This document shows positions 10,245-19,349 of a stretch of DNA of 64,000 nucleotides, one piece after another; the first letter of the stretch is position 1, and every line of letters starts with the position of its first letter. Under the pieces are notes generated by a model, which did no database searches, was not told the DNA's origin, and saw only the letters and a program-made list of their open reading frames with translations. The DNA is taken from assembly GCA_964392445.1 (NCBI GenBank), contig CAYMPD010000003.1, positions 2,573 through 66,572 on the forward strand, written 5' to 3'. This stretch comes from an uncultured archaeon. GTDB taxonomy: Archaea; Aenigmatarchaeota; Aenigmatarchaeia; CG10238-14. The position numbers and the translations under genes are program-made.

Positions 10245-10949
10245 TTGATTAGTAATTTTTGGTTGAGAGTTATGAGTATCTTCGATGGATTAACAGATAA
10301 TTTGTTTAGAAGAGTTCAACCAGAGGAATTAACTGATACCCAAGCTCAGCAAAGAGTAGAAGATACAGGAAGATCTGTTACCGAGAGAGTAGATGCTTTT
10401 GCAAGAAATTACCTTGCCCCTGACACTTATCAAAGATACAGGGATGGTTTAAGATCCTTAAGATATGATATCGAGAAGTTGCCTTCAAAAGTAGTCACAT
10501 TATATAACATGCTTACTGGTGAAGTTAAAAGATATTTTGAAGGTATTTTGGGTTTATATGACGAGGAAAGGAACAGAATTGGAGTGAATGAATATGTTGC
10601 AAAAGATCCAGAAAGTGAACAACTAGAACCTGTAATGGGTCATGAAGAAGTCCATCGTGCAACAAGAAACTGGTTAAGAGATTATTTTGATAGATTTGGT
10701 GAGAAAGCTAGAGGGGTTGTAGAAGGCTTTACAAGCTGGATTTCTCAGGAATTAGGTTATAATTCTAATGAATATCCGGGTCTTAAATATGCGGCTTATC
10801 AAACTCTGAGGAGATTAGGGGATAACGTATATGATGCTCTTTATAATGTGATTAATTTCAACATATATCCAGAAAGGGTTTTAGATACTTTTTACGACTC
10901 ATTAAGAGTTTTGGAACAAGAAAGATTGTTTTATACACCCGCGAATTGA
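10245..10949 (+). CDS. hypothetical protein with HExxH motif (possible zincin-like metallopeptidase)
   Basis: 234 aa; VMGHEEVHRATRNW contains HEEVH. Confidence 0.3.
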   Translation: MISNFWLRVMSIFDGLTDNLFRRVQPEELTDTQAQQRVEDTGRSVTERVDAFARNYLAPDTYQRYRDGLRSLRYDIEKLPSKVVTLYNMLTGEVKRYFEGILGLYDEERNRIGVNEYVAKDPESEQLEPVMGHEEVHRATRNWLRDYFDRFGEKARGVVEGFTSWISQELGYNSNEYPGLKYAAYQTLRRLGDNVYDALYNVINFNIYPERVLDTFYDSLRVLEQERLFYTPAN

Positions 10950-10956
10950 ACTAACC

Positions 10957-11349
10957 TTAACTTTTCTGATTTTCTCTTAACTTACCAACAACGTCATAAA
11001 TAGAAACTAATCCTGCATACTTTCCCTCGGCATCAACAACTGGCATAGATAGAAAGTGTTTATCGACCATAGTTTTAGAAACAATCTTTAAATCCTCTTC
11101 CAATTTCGCTGTGACAACTGGTGTACTCATTATCTCAGATACTCTGATCTCTGAGCAGTCTTTACCTGCAGCCACTACTTTTTCCAATATATCTCTTACA
11201 CTGACGATACCCACAGGAACTTGATTTTCTAATACTACAGTATGATTAAACTCGTAATTTCCTTTCATTTTCTGAGCCACACTAGAAATTTTATCTTCCT
11301 TTTCACATCTGGGATAGTCATCTGTTATATCGCAATCTTTTACCTTCAT
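10957..11349 (-). CDS. CBS domain pair protein
   Basis: 130 aa, two CBS-like repeats (…VSVRDILEKV…, …GLVSIYDVVGKL…). Confidence 0.65.
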   Translation of the reverse strand: MKVKDCDITDDYPRCEKEDKISSVAQKMKGNYEFNHTVVLENQVPVGIVSVRDILEKVVAAGKDCSEIRVSEIMSTPVVTAKLEEDLKIVSKTMVDKHFLSMPVVDAEGKYAGLVSIYDVVGKLRENQKS

Positions 11350-11402
11350 ACAAAAACTATTAAATTCATTTAAATTTAAGTTTAATTATTAAGGAGATTG
11401 TT

Positions 11403-11936
11403 ATGGCTCGCAGGAGAAGAGATAGAAAATCGTTGAGAGAACATTTGTCAAACGTAGTTAGGGATATTGTACCTTATGGAATAGATGTAGGTATCGGGAC
11501 CTTATATGAGAGCGTCGACTGGGCAGATGAAGCTATCGCTGATTTGATTTCGATTGCTAGTGGTGGTACCGGAGCCGTTCCTGCACAAGCTGCCGAAGAA
11601 GGTATTGATAATTTAGCAATTACATTCACGAATAGATTATATGACATAGCTGGAGATCTTTATCAAGCACTTGATTTAATGACACCAGAAGAGCGTAGGA
11701 CAAGAGATAGGGTGATAAGAGGGGCATCTTATACAGAGAGAGCACAAATAGGCCCAGCAGATGTAATCCCATCTTATATAGGCGCATCTGTAGGTTATTA
11801 CGGAATTAGAACGATAAGAGATACCAGGAAAGCGTTTGAGGATTTGGGATCATGGTTAAGGGAAAATGTGTATAAATTAAGAGAAGACCTAAAACAGAAA
11901 AGGTCTAAAAAAGATTTTTCATCATCTATGGCATAA
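11403..11936 (+). CDS. hypothetical protein (locally GC-richer)
   Basis: 177-aa ORF; composition differs from flanks; no motif recognised. Confidence 0.35.
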   Translation: MARRRRDRKSLREHLSNVVRDIVPYGIDVGIGTLYESVDWADEAIADLISIASGGTGAVPAQAAEEGIDNLAITFTNRLYDIAGDLYQALDLMTPEERRTRDRVIRGASYTERAQIGPADVIPSYIGASVGYYGIRTIRDTRKAFEDLGSWLRENVYKLREDLKQKRSKKDFSSSMA

Positions 11937-11943
11937 GCTTAAA

Positions 11944-12432
11944 CTACTTCTTCAAAACCAACCAAGCCCCAAAACACAGAAGTATGAAAGACAACACCAT
12001 CCCAGGTACATTAGTAGTCATTGGAACGATTACATGGACTGTTGTTTTTTGTGGAACCAGTGTGAAGTAAGTTAGTGAGGCTAGTGATAGGAATAGTAGG
12101 ACTGCTGTTGTAGTTACTTGTCTGGCACTTGTTGTTCTCGGTCTTCCTTGACCACCACTTAAACTTGAGGTGAGTTGTTCGTAAATTTCGACTGCATCGC
12201 GGATACCAGTAGCAGCAGCATAACCAGCTATTTTAAAGAGTTCTGACCTATATTTACTGATCGCTTCGAATCCTTCCTCTCTATATGCTGCCCATATTTC
12301 TTTCATTCTAGGCCCATACTTTTCTCCCAATTCCCCCGCCATACCATAGAGTGCAGAAGCTGCCATTATAACATAAGGTGCGTATTCTACCGCATAAGGC
12401 GCTAAACTTCCTAAAGCTGCTGGTAAAGGCAT
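11944..12432 (-). CDS. hypothetical protein with C-terminal TM helices
   Basis: 162-aa ORF, GC-richer, C-terminal hydrophobic segments. Confidence 0.35.
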   Translation of the reverse strand: MPLPAALGSLAPYAVEYAPYVIMAASALYGMAGELGEKYGPRMKEIWAAYREEGFEAISKYRSELFKIAGYAAATGIRDAVEIYEQLTSSLSGGQGRPRTTSARQVTTTAVLLFLSLASLTYFTLVPQKTTVHVIVPMTTNVPGMVLSFILLCFGAWLVLKK

Positions 12433-12480
12433 AAACTATTTTTAACTTTCTGTATTAAAAAGAGTGTCTAAACGATTTTA

Positions 12481-12723
12481 TTACCATGGGAGGACTGATA
12501 AAAGAAGACCGAACCCTATCATTCCGAATGCAATAACTTGTAAAAGCCATTTACTTGCAAGACCAGTAATTCCACAAATTATACCTGTAAAAAGTTTTGT
12601 AATTCCATGTTCAACCGAACTTCGGCAGATAGCACTTTCAATAGGAACTATCATAAAGGATAATAAAAGTAGGAACACACCTATCAACAAAACTGTCTGC
12701 CCGCTTTTTCCCATAATATTCAA
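12481..12723 (-). CDS. small membrane protein
   Basis: 80 aa, 3 predicted TM helices. Confidence 0.35.
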   Translation of the reverse strand: MNIMGKSGQTVLLIGVFLLLLSFMIVPIESAICRSSVEHGITKLFTGIICGITGLASKWLLQVIAFGMIGFGLLLSVLPW

Positions 12724-12761
12724 TATAAAATAATATTTTCGGATATATAAATTTATTAGAA

Positions 12762-14210
12762 TTATTCTACCTCTTCCCCAACAACCCTAATAACATCCTT
12801 AGGATCAACCTTACCCCTGATTTTAGCCATCACAAAACCGATAATCTTACCTTTAGGAGCATTTTTATTCTTATCAATAATCTTTTTTACCAGTTCTCTC
12901 AACTCATTCTCAGAAATATTTTCTATTCCTAATTTCTCAACACATTCCTTGACAGAAAGTTTTTCATTCTTCAGTTTAAGTCTGAGAACATCATCTATCG
13001 ACTCTTTCATGACTTCGCCCGCGGAAATTAATTCAAACAATTCCTCAAAATCTTTTTCCGTTAATTTATCAACATCCAAGCCTTCACTTTCCAAATAAAC
13101 CAAAGTATTCACAAAAACACTAGCAACCAACGTAGGATCAACATCTGATTCCTCAGCAAACTTCTCAAACCACTCACTGTAATCGGAATTAACAACCTGC
13201 TTAGCAAGATTCTTAGATAAACCTAAATCCTGATATTTCTTGATCCTCTCGCCAAAAGTCTCAGGAATATTCTTTTTAACTTCTTCTAGTAACTCATCAG
13301 TTTTAATCGGTATAACATCTGTTTCAGGATACATCCGTGAAGCCCCAGGCAATGGTCTTAGGAATTCAGTCGACCCATCTGGTAAAACTCGACGAACATC
13401 TCTAGAAACTTTCTTACCTTTTTTAATTATCTCCTGCTGCCTTTTAATCTCCTTTTCAATAACTGTTGGAATAAGTGATAAACTAGGAACATGTTTTCCT
13501 TCAACCCTATCCCCTCCTTTTATCGATATATTAACATCCTGACGGACTGAGCCTTCTCGAATCTTGGCTTTACCTGTACTTCTAATCATGTTTCCTATCT
13601 TCTTAGCAACCTCCCTCGCATGTTCTGATGAGACAATCCCTTTCCCTGTCCCTACTTCAACCTCAGGGGTACCCAATCTATCCAAACGGAAGGTAACAGA
13701 ATTCTTATCTTTTTTTATCAGTCTTCCCGAATCTTCTTCCAATGTCACTGCTTCTATTTCCACTTTCCCCTTATCAGTTTCTAGCCAACCATCCATCCCA
13801 ATTAACATAGTTCTTTGAAATCCTGAAGGTAAACTCCCGTCCACAATCGTCTTTCTCATAACTTGAATCTCATCAACGACCTCACAGTGAAGTAATTCTG
13901 CTATAGTAAGTACAACTTTCAACGCTTCCTGATTGACTCCGTGTGGGGGCTCTTCATCTATATCAACCAGACAATCACAATCCTCATAAACCTCATAAAT
14001 TATCTTCTTCCTTTTCTTCATCTCCTCTATCGCAGCAACATCTATCTCCCCAGTCTCCCCAGCAACCGGTATTTGATGCCTTTCAAGAATAAAGTCTGGC
14101 TCTTCTTTTGTTTTCAGTAGAGTAGGGCAGCTACAAAACAGCTTTTCACTTGTATCTAATTCATGATGTATTTCCAAACCTACTCTTAATCCGATTTTTT
14201 TGTAGTCCAT
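12762..14210 (-). CDS. gatE: Glu-tRNA(Gln) amidotransferase subunit E (GatE; GatB/E family)
   Basis: N-terminal GLEIHHELDT..KLFCSCPT GatB/E motif; adjacent to gatD (the archaeal partner), hence GatE rather than GatB. Confidence 0.75.
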   Translation of the reverse strand: MDYKKIGLRVGLEIHHELDTSEKLFCSCPTLLKTKEEPDFILERHQIPVAGETGEIDVAAIEEMKKRKKIIYEVYEDCDCLVDIDEEPPHGVNQEALKVVLTIAELLHCEVVDEIQVMRKTIVDGSLPSGFQRTMLIGMDGWLETDKGKVEIEAVTLEEDSGRLIKKDKNSVTFRLDRLGTPEVEVGTGKGIVSSEHAREVAKKIGNMIRSTGKAKIREGSVRQDVNISIKGGDRVEGKHVPSLSLIPTVIEKEIKRQQEIIKKGKKVSRDVRRVLPDGSTEFLRPLPGASRMYPETDVIPIKTDELLEEVKKNIPETFGERIKKYQDLGLSKNLAKQVVNSDYSEWFEKFAEESDVDPTLVASVFVNTLVYLESEGLDVDKLTEKDFEELFELISAGEVMKESIDDVLRLKLKNEKLSVKECVEKLGIENISENELRELVKKIIDKNKNAPKGKIIGFVMAKIRGKVDPKDVIRVVGEEVE

Positions 14211-14354
14211 ATTTAATCATCTTTTCATTCCAAGTAACCATTTTCATTCTTATTTTTTTATTTCTGTTTTAATTTTTAAAATATACGTTAATTATACATA
14301 ACGAATATGTGAATTTTTCGTTAATTAGGGTCAAGAGGATGATCCTCTTATTTA

Positions 14355-15728
14355 TCATTCATTTCTAACAACAGAGTCCAAAGGTGTCCTAGGGCTTATT
14401 TCATGAGCGTAAGGTTTTAACATCATCTCTTTGACCTCATCCGGTTTTGTAGTATGACCGAGGATCCAGGACAATTTCACAAGCGCAGTTTCAGTTAACA
14501 TATCTTCTAAATATATCACTCCAGCTTCACTAACAAGCCTCAAGTTCTTGTAAACATAAGGATGGACTCTTCCGAATATTGTTTGACTAGTCATAACTAA
14601 TGTCATGCCCTTATCAACCGCTTTCTTTATGTGACCTATCCAAGAAAATTTTTCTTCAAATTCACCCATCTCAGTTCCACTTTCTCCTGTAGGAACATGT
14701 CCTAATCCAGTTCCTTCTATAACCATGCCTTTGTAGCCTTTATCTATATACCATTCTAATATTGAAGGATCAGAATTTGGATAAATTTTTATTAAACCTA
14801 CTTTCGGTTCGAATTTATCATCAACCTCCACTTTTCTGTCTTGGAATTTAGTGTAATTAGTGTTCATTTTTTCTATTTTACCATTTTTCCATATCTTTGC
14901 TATGGGTTTAGCGTTAACAGGCTGAAAAGCATCCCTGCGTGAAGTATGGAATTTTCTTACTCGAGTACCCCTATTAACCAAACAGTAATTATCACTAGAT
15001 GTGCCGTGCATAATCACGCATACTTCACCTATATCTGAGTAACCCGTGAAGTGTGAAGCACATATTAAATTCAATGCGCCATCAAAACTTCCTCTATCCG
15101 GGGATCTCTGAGCCCCAACAAAGGCAACAGGTTTAGAAAGATTTTTTAACATAAATGACATAGCGGCAGCAGAATAATGAAGTGTATCTGTACCATGTGT
15201 AACTATAACACCACGTGAACCAGAATTGAGTTCCTCTGCTATTGAATTAGCCATTTTTTTCCAGTGTTTATATGTCATATCTTCACTTGCAAGCGTGAAA
15301 GGTCTTACTGTGTTTTTTAAATCTATTATTTTTCCTATTTCAGGAGTTGTACTTAGGATTTGTTCTGGGGAACGACACATATAAACACCACCGGTTTTGT
15401 AGTCCACATGAGTTCCGATTGTTCCACCTGTAGCGATGATTGAAACGTCTGGGAGTTTTTTCTCCCGTTTTATTTTTAGTTCAGGAACAACACCCAATTT
15501 AGGTCCTTCGCCAAGTTTTTTAATATTAATTTTTTTATCAAATTCTAATCCGATGTTATAGCCACTATCAAGTTTGATTATCATAGAATTAGGATCACCC
15601 ATCTCTATCCTGGGCATTAGTATACCTTCGTAACTTTCCTTATCTTTTACTACTTTGACTTTATTTCCCACTTCAATTCCTCTCTTTTTCAGGAGTTTCA
15701 TTATCTGCTTGGAATACATAATTATCAA
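14355..15728 (-). CDS. gatD: Glu-tRNA(Gln) amidotransferase subunit D (GatD, asparaginase-like)
   Basis: GatD-type N-domain followed by asparaginase fold (IIATGGTIG…, GVIVTHGTDTL). Confidence 0.8.
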   Translation of the reverse strand: MIIMYSKQIMKLLKKRGIEVGNKVKVVKDKESYEGILMPRIEMGDPNSMIIKLDSGYNIGLEFDKKINIKKLGEGPKLGVVPELKIKREKKLPDVSIIATGGTIGTHVDYKTGGVYMCRSPEQILSTTPEIGKIIDLKNTVRPFTLASEDMTYKHWKKMANSIAEELNSGSRGVIVTHGTDTLHYSAAAMSFMLKNLSKPVAFVGAQRSPDRGSFDGALNLICASHFTGYSDIGEVCVIMHGTSSDNYCLVNRGTRVRKFHTSRRDAFQPVNAKPIAKIWKNGKIEKMNTNYTKFQDRKVEVDDKFEPKVGLIKIYPNSDPSILEWYIDKGYKGMVIEGTGLGHVPTGESGTEMGEFEEKFSWIGHIKKAVDKGMTLVMTSQTIFGRVHPYVYKNLRLVSEAGVIYLEDMLTETALVKLSWILGHTTKPDEVKEMMLKPYAHEISPRTPLDSVVRNE

Positions 15729-15792
15729 GAATAATTTAAGATTACAAACTTAACTAAATTTCTGCTTGGGTACTTCAAAAAATAAATATTAT

Positions 15793-16089
15793 TTAACCTT
15801 CTCTTAAAGGAACTTTGTGAATCTTGGGCCTATAGTTTAGTATATCATCTAAAACCCTTTTCGGATCGCATTTTCCCACAATTTCAAGTCGAATTAAATC
15901 ACCCTCCTTTAAAGGCAAAAAGGATAGAACCCCAGAAAGATCCCGATCTCCGTATGAGGCCCTTATATCTACTTGATACCTTATTCTAGTGACTTTCAAC
16001 GCATTTACTATGGCAGCGGCAGGTCTACCATGCATATTTTTTGTAACTCTAAGGTGTGTTTCATAGGTTCCCATAAGCCTATAAATCAA
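15793..16089 (-). CDS. HPr-like phosphocarrier family protein
   Basis: HLRVTKNMHGRPAAAIVN resembles HPr GLHARPA active-site region; about 98 aa; …SGVLSFLPLKEGDLIRLEIVGKCDP… resembles HPr C-terminal half. Confidence 0.45.
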   Translation of the reverse strand: MIYRLMGTYETHLRVTKNMHGRPAAAIVNALKVTRIRYQVDIRASYGDRDLSGVLSFLPLKEGDLIRLEIVGKCDPKRVLDDILNYRPKIHKVPLREG

Positions 16090-16140
16090 TTGTTAATTTT
16101 AAATAATGATATCCTCTTGAGCTCAAAGGAACCAAAAACT

Positions 16141-16404
16141 TCAAAAAATAAAGTATCCAACACCAAACCCAACACCAATATAAACCCACATAAGAACAAT
16201 ACACATCACATATCCACCTACTATCATCCTACCTAACAAACCAAAAGAAAAACTCAGAAGTATATAATTTCCTGTTATACCTGCTATTAGTCCTCCCAGA
16301 AACCCGATAAACGCGTCTATCATCATTCGTGAAGCCCCGTGAAGTAAAGACTGAAAGATTATTCCTCCTAAAAACACTATTATTAGTAAGCCGAAATTAA
16401 CCAT
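16141..16404 (-). CDS. small membrane protein
   Basis: 87 aa, 3 TM helices. Confidence 0.4.
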   Translation of the reverse strand: MVNFGLLIIVFLGGIIFQSLLHGASRMMIDAFIGFLGGLIAGITGNYILLSFSFGLLGRMIVGGYVMCIVLMWVYIGVGFGVGYFIF

Positions 16405-16469
16405 GACTATTTTTTGTCTTGAAAGGTTATCAATTTTTCCAAAAAATTCAAGTGTAACTCATCATGAAA

Positions 16470-16585
16470 GTAAAATTGTAATTCACGTGACCCCCTCATT
16501 TCCAGTCGAGATTTCAGATATCACGGTGTTATATTCACGCATTTCACACCCCTTGGTTTCATGTCGAGATTACTTCACGTTAACC
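16470..16585. promoter_or_regulatory. cluster of three TTCACG motifs with two tandem ~40-bp units (TTCACG-n-CCCC-n-TTTC-n-GTCGAGATT)
   Basis: attcacgtgaccccctcatttccagtcgagattt … tattcacgcatttcacaccccttggtttcatgtcgagatta … cttcacgttaacc; lies upstream of minus-strand gene 16141..16404 and downstream of polB. Confidence 0.5.
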
Positions 16586-19291
16586 AGGAACAAACAACCT
16601 AGACTTCTTACTGCCATTCTTAAAAACAATCTCCCCTCCGCAAGAATTACATTTACCAGTTAAAGGAGGTCTTCTATAAACATTATTACAACTGTTGCAT
16701 ATGAAACCATCTATCTCCGAAACACTATCCTCAAAATCATCCTTCTGTTTATTATTTTTCATGGCTTCTAGTATACCAAGTTGTTTGCCTATACCCGTCA
16801 ACTCGGACTTACTGACCCTCAAAGCCTCAAAAACCCTTTCTAATGGGGGTAACAACTGACTTTCGATATAATATTTGGAATCTATTGGTATGCTATGTTC
16901 TTTAATGTAATCAGGGTCTTCTGCACGCTTGGATATCATCTGAACTCCTCTAACAATAACATAACCAACCCTATCACCTACACCTGGAGCAGAAGCTGGA
17001 TCCCTTTTCATCATTTTTTTAACTAATTCCACATGAGGCTGAACGCCCTTATACTTACTAGGAGATCTTGAGATGCTCTTGGTTATAACTAATTTTTCAA
17101 TTGGAATTTTACCCGATTTAAGGTCGTCAACAGTCTTTTTAACGAACTTTACTGCTTTCCTGACATCCTGTTCTTTAAGTATAATCTCGAGAACCTCTTT
17201 TAGTGTCTCAGAAACCAAATCACACCAGTCCCTCCTGACAGTTTCTATACCCTTAGTAAGAATACTCTCATCCCAACCATCAGCCATAGGTTCAAAGTTC
17301 CAAGCGGCATATCTTTTTTTGGCGAGTAGAAGAAGAACCTTAAAAATACTTTCAACCTTCATGTGAAGTACGTGATTTATTCCCTCGTTTATCGTCTCTG
17401 ATACCTCTTCCCCTACTTTAAAGGCTTCTTCTAGATCCTTTGTATCTAATTTAATCATTACGCTGTCCGTATCGCCATATATAACCTTATAATCAGTTTT
17501 TTTATGAACTATTTCCCTGCTTTTCTTAATCATATCCCTTCCAACACTCGTAATCCCACTCGCAATATCAATAACATAAAACCTCGCACGAATATAACCT
17601 GAATAACCGTAAAATGCATTAGCAACAGTCTTGAATGCATATTGTTTGGCATAGAGATAATTCTTCTTACTGTCAGTTTTCGCCTTCTTCATCTTTTTTT
17701 TAATTTTTCCCCTCGCATCCAGAAGATAATCTAAAACGTGTGGTAAAATTCCCTTCCTAACATCCCCAGTAACAAACCTAGAACCAAAAGGTGTCTCCTT
17801 GTATTCGATATCGTCTTTCTTCCCCCTCAGAAGCGTGGTTGGACAAATGTTAAAACTGATAACAATCGAAGGGTACATACTGTGAAAATCTAGATAAGTG
17901 GTACAAGTATCATGAAATCCAACATCCGGTTTTAGAACAAATGCTCCCTTCAAACCACTACTCCTTCTTTCAGCCTTTCTCCTAGATATCTCACGATTAT
18001 CCGGTCTACAAGGAATAATAAAATCCTTCTTGTTAAATTCTCTCAGAAGAATACTATCTATCCTTTCGGTTTCGCCCCTATACAGACAATCCTGAAGGGT
18101 TATTCCTGAAACTTTCGATATCTCTACAAACTTGTCCAACATACTTTTCTTAAACAATATCTTAAGAGGTAATTCAGCGTCCTTTCTACTGTAACTTAAC
18201 AATTTACCTAACTTATCACCATTATCATTCCAATAATCGGCTATCTCACTGTGTGCAACGTCAACCTTATCTTCACCTAAAACATTTTTTGATACGTCCC
18301 CCAAACCATATCTTTTCAGACCTTTGAACAAACCGAATTTGTTAGCGGCTTCTTTAACCAAACTATAAACATCTGCTGATACTCTCCCTGGTATTGTCAC
18401 TTTAGTTCTTCCCATAAATGTCGATGTCCGAATTGGTTTCTGATCACATCTACCTAATGTGTTGGGAACATTGTTCTCCTTTAATCTCGTATCAATATAT
18501 GGTAAATCGAAGTTATTGGTGTTATAACCTAGGATAATATCAGGATCGAATTGGTCAATAATTTTCACAAATTCCTCAAGCATTTCTTTCTCTGAATTAA
18601 AACTAACTATGTCGTCGTCATATTTCTTAATCTTCCTCGCGGCTAAAACTAGAGTGTTCCTGTTTTTGTACGAAGGAAAGAATGACATGCTTATGAGAAT
18701 AATTGGTTCTTTTTTTGGATTAGGTTCTGATCCACCGGTGAAATATGTTTCTATATCAAAACTTAGGTAATGGAATTTCATGTTTTCATCTTTGTCTATC
18801 TCTTTGAAACTTCTTGCCCTAAATTTTTTTGTTGTCTTCACGCTGTTTGTTTTTGTATAACTTCCTTCAACCTCATACCACTTCATCCCAAAAATGTTCA
18901 TATCAGCCATAAATCTGTACTTGAAAAGAATGTCAGCCTCAAATATTTCCTTTACGATTTTTTTTTCTTTTAAATTATCCCTGACTACTGGTGTTTTACT
19001 TGGATTGTTTAAAGTTAGTTTGAGAATTTTGGTTTTCTTCTCTTGGTATCCTATCGGAAGGAATTTTTTGACGTAACTCATCTTCACAACATACTGACTA
19101 AAGTTTTTCTTGGCATATTCCTTTACTTCATCGAATTTTTCCTCTTTTGGTAAAACGTAAAAATAAGGTTCAAAATCATCATAAAAAACACAGGTTGATT
19201 TTCCTTTATCAGTCCGCCCAAAGAGACGAATTATTGGTTTGTTGTTTACAAGAACATAATCCGAGTCGAGAACCTGAAATTTTATTTTCAT
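16580..19291 (-). CDS. polB: family B DNA polymerase
   Basis: Exo I FDIETY; motif A DFHSMYPSI; motif C YGDTDS; C-terminal Cys4 zinc finger; 903 aa. Confidence 0.95.
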   Translation of the reverse strand: MKIKFQVLDSDYVLVNNKPIIRLFGRTDKGKSTCVFYDDFEPYFYVLPKEEKFDEVKEYAKKNFSQYVVKMSYVKKFLPIGYQEKKTKILKLTLNNPSKTPVVRDNLKEKKIVKEIFEADILFKYRFMADMNIFGMKWYEVEGSYTKTNSVKTTKKFRARSFKEIDKDENMKFHYLSFDIETYFTGGSEPNPKKEPIILISMSFFPSYKNRNTLVLAARKIKKYDDDIVSFNSEKEMLEEFVKIIDQFDPDIILGYNTNNFDLPYIDTRLKENNVPNTLGRCDQKPIRTSTFMGRTKVTIPGRVSADVYSLVKEAANKFGLFKGLKRYGLGDVSKNVLGEDKVDVAHSEIADYWNDNGDKLGKLLSYSRKDAELPLKILFKKSMLDKFVEISKVSGITLQDCLYRGETERIDSILLREFNKKDFIIPCRPDNREISRRKAERRSSGLKGAFVLKPDVGFHDTCTTYLDFHSMYPSIVISFNICPTTLLRGKKDDIEYKETPFGSRFVTGDVRKGILPHVLDYLLDARGKIKKKMKKAKTDSKKNYLYAKQYAFKTVANAFYGYSGYIRARFYVIDIASGITSVGRDMIKKSREIVHKKTDYKVIYGDTDSVMIKLDTKDLEEAFKVGEEVSETINEGINHVLHMKVESIFKVLLLLAKKRYAAWNFEPMADGWDESILTKGIETVRRDWCDLVSETLKEVLEIILKEQDVRKAVKFVKKTVDDLKSGKIPIEKLVITKSISRSPSKYKGVQPHVELVKKMMKRDPASAPGVGDRVGYVIVRGVQMISKRAEDPDYIKEHSIPIDSKYYIESQLLPPLERVFEALRVSKSELTGIGKQLGILEAMKNNKQKDDFEDSVSEIDGFICNSCNNVYRRPPLTGKCNSCGGEIVFKNGSKKSRLFVPG

Positions 19292-19349
19292 GAGTGATTA
19301 TATAGGTGTTGAAGTTTTTATGCTATTGGGGAAGGTAAAAAAATGGTTT

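Noticed and set aside
12762-14210. Alternative call of GatB (bacterial-type) for the GatB/E-family protein
   Set aside because: The adjacent gene is clearly GatD (asparaginase-like), which partners only with GatE in archaea. The call therefore rests on context, since GatB/GatE cannot be separated by eye from the N-terminus alone.
14335-14351. Palindrome aagaggat-g-atcctctt at the gatD stop / gatE upstream region, considered as an operator or terminator
   Set aside because: Single occurrence with 8-bp arms; could equally be chance in AT-rich DNA. Not enough support to call a feature.
16580-19291. Possible intein in polB
   Set aside because: Polymerase motifs occur with normal spacing and the length of 903 aa is typical; no extra insertion or intein block was seen.
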